60,258 bases of DNA from Bryobacteraceae bacterium. GTDB taxonomy: Bacteria; Acidobacteriota; Terriglobia; Bryobacterales; Bryobacteraceae. The notes beneath the pieces were generated by a model. That model made no database searches and had not been told where the DNA came from. It worked only from the letters and a program-made list of their open reading frames with translations. Position 1 is the first letter of the stretch. Each line of letters opens with the position of its first letter. The position numbers and the translations under genes are program-made. Below are positions 57,614-60,258 of the stretch, in pieces. Where the stretch lies: positions 1-60,258 of the forward strand of contig JBEKUT010000001.1 of assembly GCA_049514735.1 (NCBI GenBank), written 5' to 3'.

Positions 57614-58010
57614 CGTTGTTGTCGGCGCGGCATTCCTTTTTTTTGGAACCGGGCTTTTTGCCCAGACTACTCAATTCACCATCCTGCCCTTTGCGGGCGC
57701 GGTTCGCGATATTGGCGACAACGGTCCGGCAACGTCCGCGCTACTGAACGCTCCGCATGGCGTTACGGTGGATTCCAGCGGCAACATTTATGTCGTCATG
57801 GTCACGGCGGATCGAAGTCTCGAATATCAACAGAATCTGAAAGGCCGCAAACTGGCTCTCGTCGTACTCAGTACGAACCACATTGGTGTGCTCGAAAAGC
57901 ATCCTGAGAGACTGGTGGCGGCGGTCGATGCGGCACGGGAAGACGGTTACGAGTTCGTCAGGTTCGAATTGCCGCCAAAAAGCAAACCGGGCGGGAGTCC
58001 ATCGGCCTAG
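57606..58010 (+). pseudogene. Chimeric ORF: signal peptide plus first NHL repeat fused to the C-terminus of an unrelated small protein
   Basis: MRNVVVGAAFLFFGTGLFAQ ... GDNGPATSALLNAPHGVTVDSSGNIYV is the start of an NHL-repeat protein. It switches abruptly to ADRSLEYQQNLKGRKLALVVLSTNHIGVLEKHPERLVAAVDAAREDGYEFV. That second part resembles the tail of small PIN/DUF-type proteins found at TA loci. Confidence 0.4.
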
Positions 58011-58172
58011 CCAACGCAAGTTGCGGAATTCGCGTTGGGAGTGATTGCAGCAGCGACTCTCAGAAAACCGGGCGTCTCGATCACCGTCATCTGTACAGAG
58101 AGCACGAATACCAAGGTACGCTAATAGCGCATCCTGGGCAATCTGGTGCGAGGGGCCAAAAGCGTTATTCTA

Positions 58173-58598
58173 TCAGAACAGGCTTACGTCCATGCCTGCT
58201 ATGAAGTGAATACCGGGAATCGCCAGGGGCTGCAAGCGGTGGTCATTAGTAAGGAAGAGGTCGACGCCCGGAATTGACGCGCTGGCCAAGTGGATGGCGT
58301 CCGCGGGCGAAACCCGGTGGCTGGCGCGAATCCTGGCATAGGCGTCCGCTGTTTCCGGCGTCAAGGGAATCAATTCAATTTGAGGAGAGCGGAACGCTTC
58401 CCGTATCTGAGACGCTATTTGCAACGCATCCCGCTTATACAGGCCGGTGAGCACCTCGCCGATGGTGAAGACACTGGTGCAAAGTTTGTCTCCGCGCGCC
58501 TGCATGCGCTGGTGAATGCGATTCATGCGGTCCGCATGTTGCGGATGGTCTTCGAGCCAGTATATGAAGAGCATGCTGTCCCAATAGATACGGCTCAA
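58173..58598 (-). CDS. vapC: PIN domain ribonuclease toxin VapC
   Basis: The acidic PIN residues are in context: IYWDSMLFIYWLE (Asp), TIGEVL (Glu), ADAIHLASA (Asp), FLTNDHRL (Asp). It overlaps the upstream gene by 4 nt. Confidence 0.8.
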   Translation of the reverse strand: MSRIYWDSMLFIYWLEDHPQHADRMNRIHQRMQARGDKLCTSVFTIGEVLTGLYKRDALQIASQIREAFRSPQIELIPLTPETADAYARIRASHRVSPADAIHLASASIPGVDLFLTNDHRLQPLAIPGIHFIAGMDVSLF

Positions 58599-59044
58599 CT
58601 CGTCTCTCCAGGGCCATGGAATTGTTCACGCTCTTTACGAAGGAACTCCTCGCCGCCACCAAGGCTGCGAAAAACTTCCTTCGCGACGCCGCGCAGCTTT
58701 TGGAAGGGCCATTCTTCAGGCTGCGTGGAGGGCGGCTGAACGGCGTCCAAGATGCGATAAGTGAAGGCAACGGTGGTGCTCATACCCGACGGCGGGCCTT
58801 CCCATTTTTCCAGGACCAAGTGGTTTTCGGTCAGGAATTTATCCGATTTGAGCGCCTGGCAAACCAGCGGTACACGATTACTTAGGCCCACCGCCTTTTG
58901 CACCTCGCCCGCTACGATGCGGACCGTGGGCTGATGGCGTGCTCTGGCGGGCTCGATGTATTCCCGGCGTGCGTAGTCGCGAACTCGATCCGTGGGATTG
59001 GTTGTTATAAGAGCATTGTAAAGCAAGATTAGCAAGCATAGCAA
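58595..59044 (-). CDS. Putative atypical antitoxin or partner of VapC (149 aa, unrecognised N-domain)
   Basis: It is translationally coupled (ATGA) to the PIN gene. The C-terminal FQKLRGVAKEVFRSLGGGEEFLRKEREQF resembles toxin-binding tails. The N-terminal ~90 aa (YIEPARARHQPTVRIVAGEVQKAVGLSNRVPLVCQALKSDKF) is not an RHH, AbrB or Phd fold that I recognise. The start is uncertain. Confidence 0.45.
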   Translation of the reverse strand: MLCLLILLYNALITTNPTDRVRDYARREYIEPARARHQPTVRIVAGEVQKAVGLSNRVPLVCQALKSDKFLTENHLVLEKWEGPPSGMSTTVAFTYRILDAVQPPSTQPEEWPFQKLRGVAKEVFRSLGGGEEFLRKEREQFHGPGETS

Positions 59045-59087
59045 GCTTTAAACTTGAAGGACCTGTGGGTTTGTGTATGATGCTGTT

Positions 59088-59312
59088 GTGCGAACGACCA
59101 TCGACATTGCGGATGAGGCCTATTACATTGCCAAGGCTATCGCACGAGATCGGAACCGGAGCCTCGGACGAGTTGTTGGCGACTTGATTCTGCAATCGGT
59201 AAAGGTGTCGAAAGGCGCAGAGATTAGCATGAGCGATTATGATTTTCCGATTTTCCGTTGCGCCCGGCCTGTGACTACCGAAGATGTCAAGGCTCTGGAT
59301 GACGAAGAGTAA
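59088..59312 (+). CDS. vapB: VapB family antitoxin
   Basis: I chose GTG 59088, which gives the typical (M)RTTIDIADEAYYIAKAIARDRNRSLGRVVGDLI N-terminus. The ORF-track start is 59073. Confidence 0.7.
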   Translation: MRTTIDIADEAYYIAKAIARDRNRSLGRVVGDLILQSVKVSKGAEISMSDYDFPIFRCARPVTTEDVKALDDEE

Positions 59313-59703
59313 GGCTTATCTGCTCGATTGCAACGTTCCGATCGCGCTTGCGACGCCGGAGCACAGTCTGAACGAGCGCGCGGCTGCGTGGTTCCGCAAC
59401 GGACACCGGTTTGCGACGTGCCCCATCACACAAGGCGCGCTGGTCCGCTTCCACCTGCGCGCGGGCGTGGGCGCAACGGCGGAATCGGCAAAACTACTCT
59501 TGGAATCCATTTCGTCGCTGGCCCGCCACGAATTCTGGCCGGACGATGCTTCGTATCTCGATATGCCAACCACAGGAATTATCGGGTATCGGCAGGTAAC
59601 TGACGCTAACCTGGCGCTGTTGGCGCGTAAGCACGGCTCTTCGCTCGCCACCATGGACCGGGCGTTGGCCGCGGTCCAGGCAGGGACCACGCTCGTCGAG
59701 TAG
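59299..59703 (+). CDS. vapC: PIN domain toxin VapC
   Basis: The sequence is AYLLDCNVPIALATPEH ... TCPITQGALVRF ... GYRQVTDANLALLARKHGSSLATMDRAL. It overlaps vapB by 14 nt. Confidence 0.75.
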   Translation: MTKSKAYLLDCNVPIALATPEHSLNERAAAWFRNGHRFATCPITQGALVRFHLRAGVGATAESAKLLLESISSLARHEFWPDDASYLDMPTTGIIGYRQVTDANLALLARKHGSSLATMDRALAAVQAGTTLVE

Positions 59704-59937
59704 ACGATTCGTGGCGCGGCACACCTGTGCGGAAGTCGCGCACGACGGACCGCGACCCGCTCTGCCTCACCGCGAGTTCCTGGTCTGTATGGCGCCGCGG
59801 GCTGCTCGACCTCTTCAATGCGCCGATCAGGTACAGCGCCTTGGTGGCACTCGTCTGAAGGGGCTCTTGTTACGACAAGCGATCCTCGTTGGCTCTGAAC
59901 GGGCAGAATGCGCCACAATTGTACTGGAGCGTAATAG

Positions 59938-60258
59938 ATGCCCGACTACTCATTCAGATGGAGCCACTTTAGGGACCTTCCGGAAAACTCTGCTGGACTG
60001 GCTGACACGGAGGTTGCGACATTGCGGAAGGTGTGGCTTGAACAGAGGGACGGCTTGGAAGGGCACGGTCTGGTTTCAGATTTCACTGAGCGACTGATCC
60101 GGGAGTACGCAATCGAAGGCGGAATCATCGAACGTGCCTACACGCTCGACCGGGGCATCACGCAGTTGCTGATTGAGAGGGGAATTGATGCCAGCCTGAT
60201 TCCCCACAACAAGACGGATAAGGACCCACAACAGGTGGCCCGGATTATTCAAGCTCAT
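59938..60258 (+). CDS. Fic/DOC family protein, N-terminal part (3' end outside window)
   Basis: This ORF is not in the supplied track because it has no stop in the window. ATG 59938 opens MPDYSFRWSHFRDLPENSAGLADTEVATLRKVWLEQRDGLEGHGLVSDFTERLIRERYAIEGGIIERAYTLDRGITQLLIERGIDASLIPH-type sequence (as read: ...ERLIREYAIEGGIIERAYTLDRGITQLLIERG...). That is the helical N-terminal region I associate with Fic proteins. The HxFx(D/E)GNGR motif would lie beyond the window. Confidence 0.55.
   Translation, partial: MPDYSFRWSHFRDLPENSAGLADTEVATLRKVWLEQRDGLEGHGLVSDFTERLIREYAIEGGIIERAYTLDRGITQLLIERGIDASLIPHNKTDKDPQQVARIIQAH

Overview
This is a 60.3-kb, high-GC bacterial chromosomal segment. I infer Acidobacteriota from the gene content: an ADOP-type duplicated FtsX permease, a TonB-dependent receptor fronted by a CarboxypepD_reg domain, a PEGA protein, DUF2911 and DUF3108 proteins, and Tat-signal Gfo/Idh/MocA oxidoreductases. 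I found no rRNA, tRNA or CRISPR array.

Layout:
- 1-7.6 kb: a CHAT/TPR protein (5' partial), an intergenic repeat region, DUF2911, a GH116 glucosylceramidase-like enzyme, and two tandem zinc-ribbon AIM24 paralogs.
- 7.6-12.7 kb: a small TonB-C protein, a LysW-like zinc-ribbon protein with a polyacidic tail, then a tightly packed run of secreted-protein genes.
- 12.7-18 kb (minus strand): GT9, mtnP, meaB, an acyl-CoA dehydrogenase and an oxidoreductase.
- 18.1-24.2 kb: a decayed mobile island. It holds a truncated HTH-ImmA/IrrE gene, an ISKra4-like end fragment, a frameshifted DNA methylase remnant, a 3-gene cassette ending in a retropepsin-like protease, an intact ISKra4-like IS with a 9-bp target duplication, and an alpha/beta-hydrolase pseudogene.
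- 24.3-30.9 kb: the ADOP permease, a TetR remnant, an aldo-keto reductase and a PEGA protein.
- 31.1-38.0 kb (minus strand): a nine-gene his operon, hisI-G-D-C-(HAD)-B-H-F-A. It is preceded by an 18-codon His-rich leader ORF and a terminator/antiterminator, which looks like a classic attenuator.
- 38.1-44.9 kb: a liu/atu-like acyl-CoA carboxylase cluster.
- 45-51.6 kb: an oxidoreductase, a TonB-dependent receptor and recN.
- 51.7-56.8 kb: tolQ-tolR-tolA-like-tolB-pal-ybgF.
- 56.9-60.3 kb: a DeoC-like protein, a chimeric gene remnant, two VapC modules and a 3'-partial Fic gene.

The strongest observations are the his leader-peptide attenuator, the A8 slippery site joining the two IS ORFs, and the IS-flanked protease cassette. 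All functional calls rest on motif and family recognition by eye. No database search was run.
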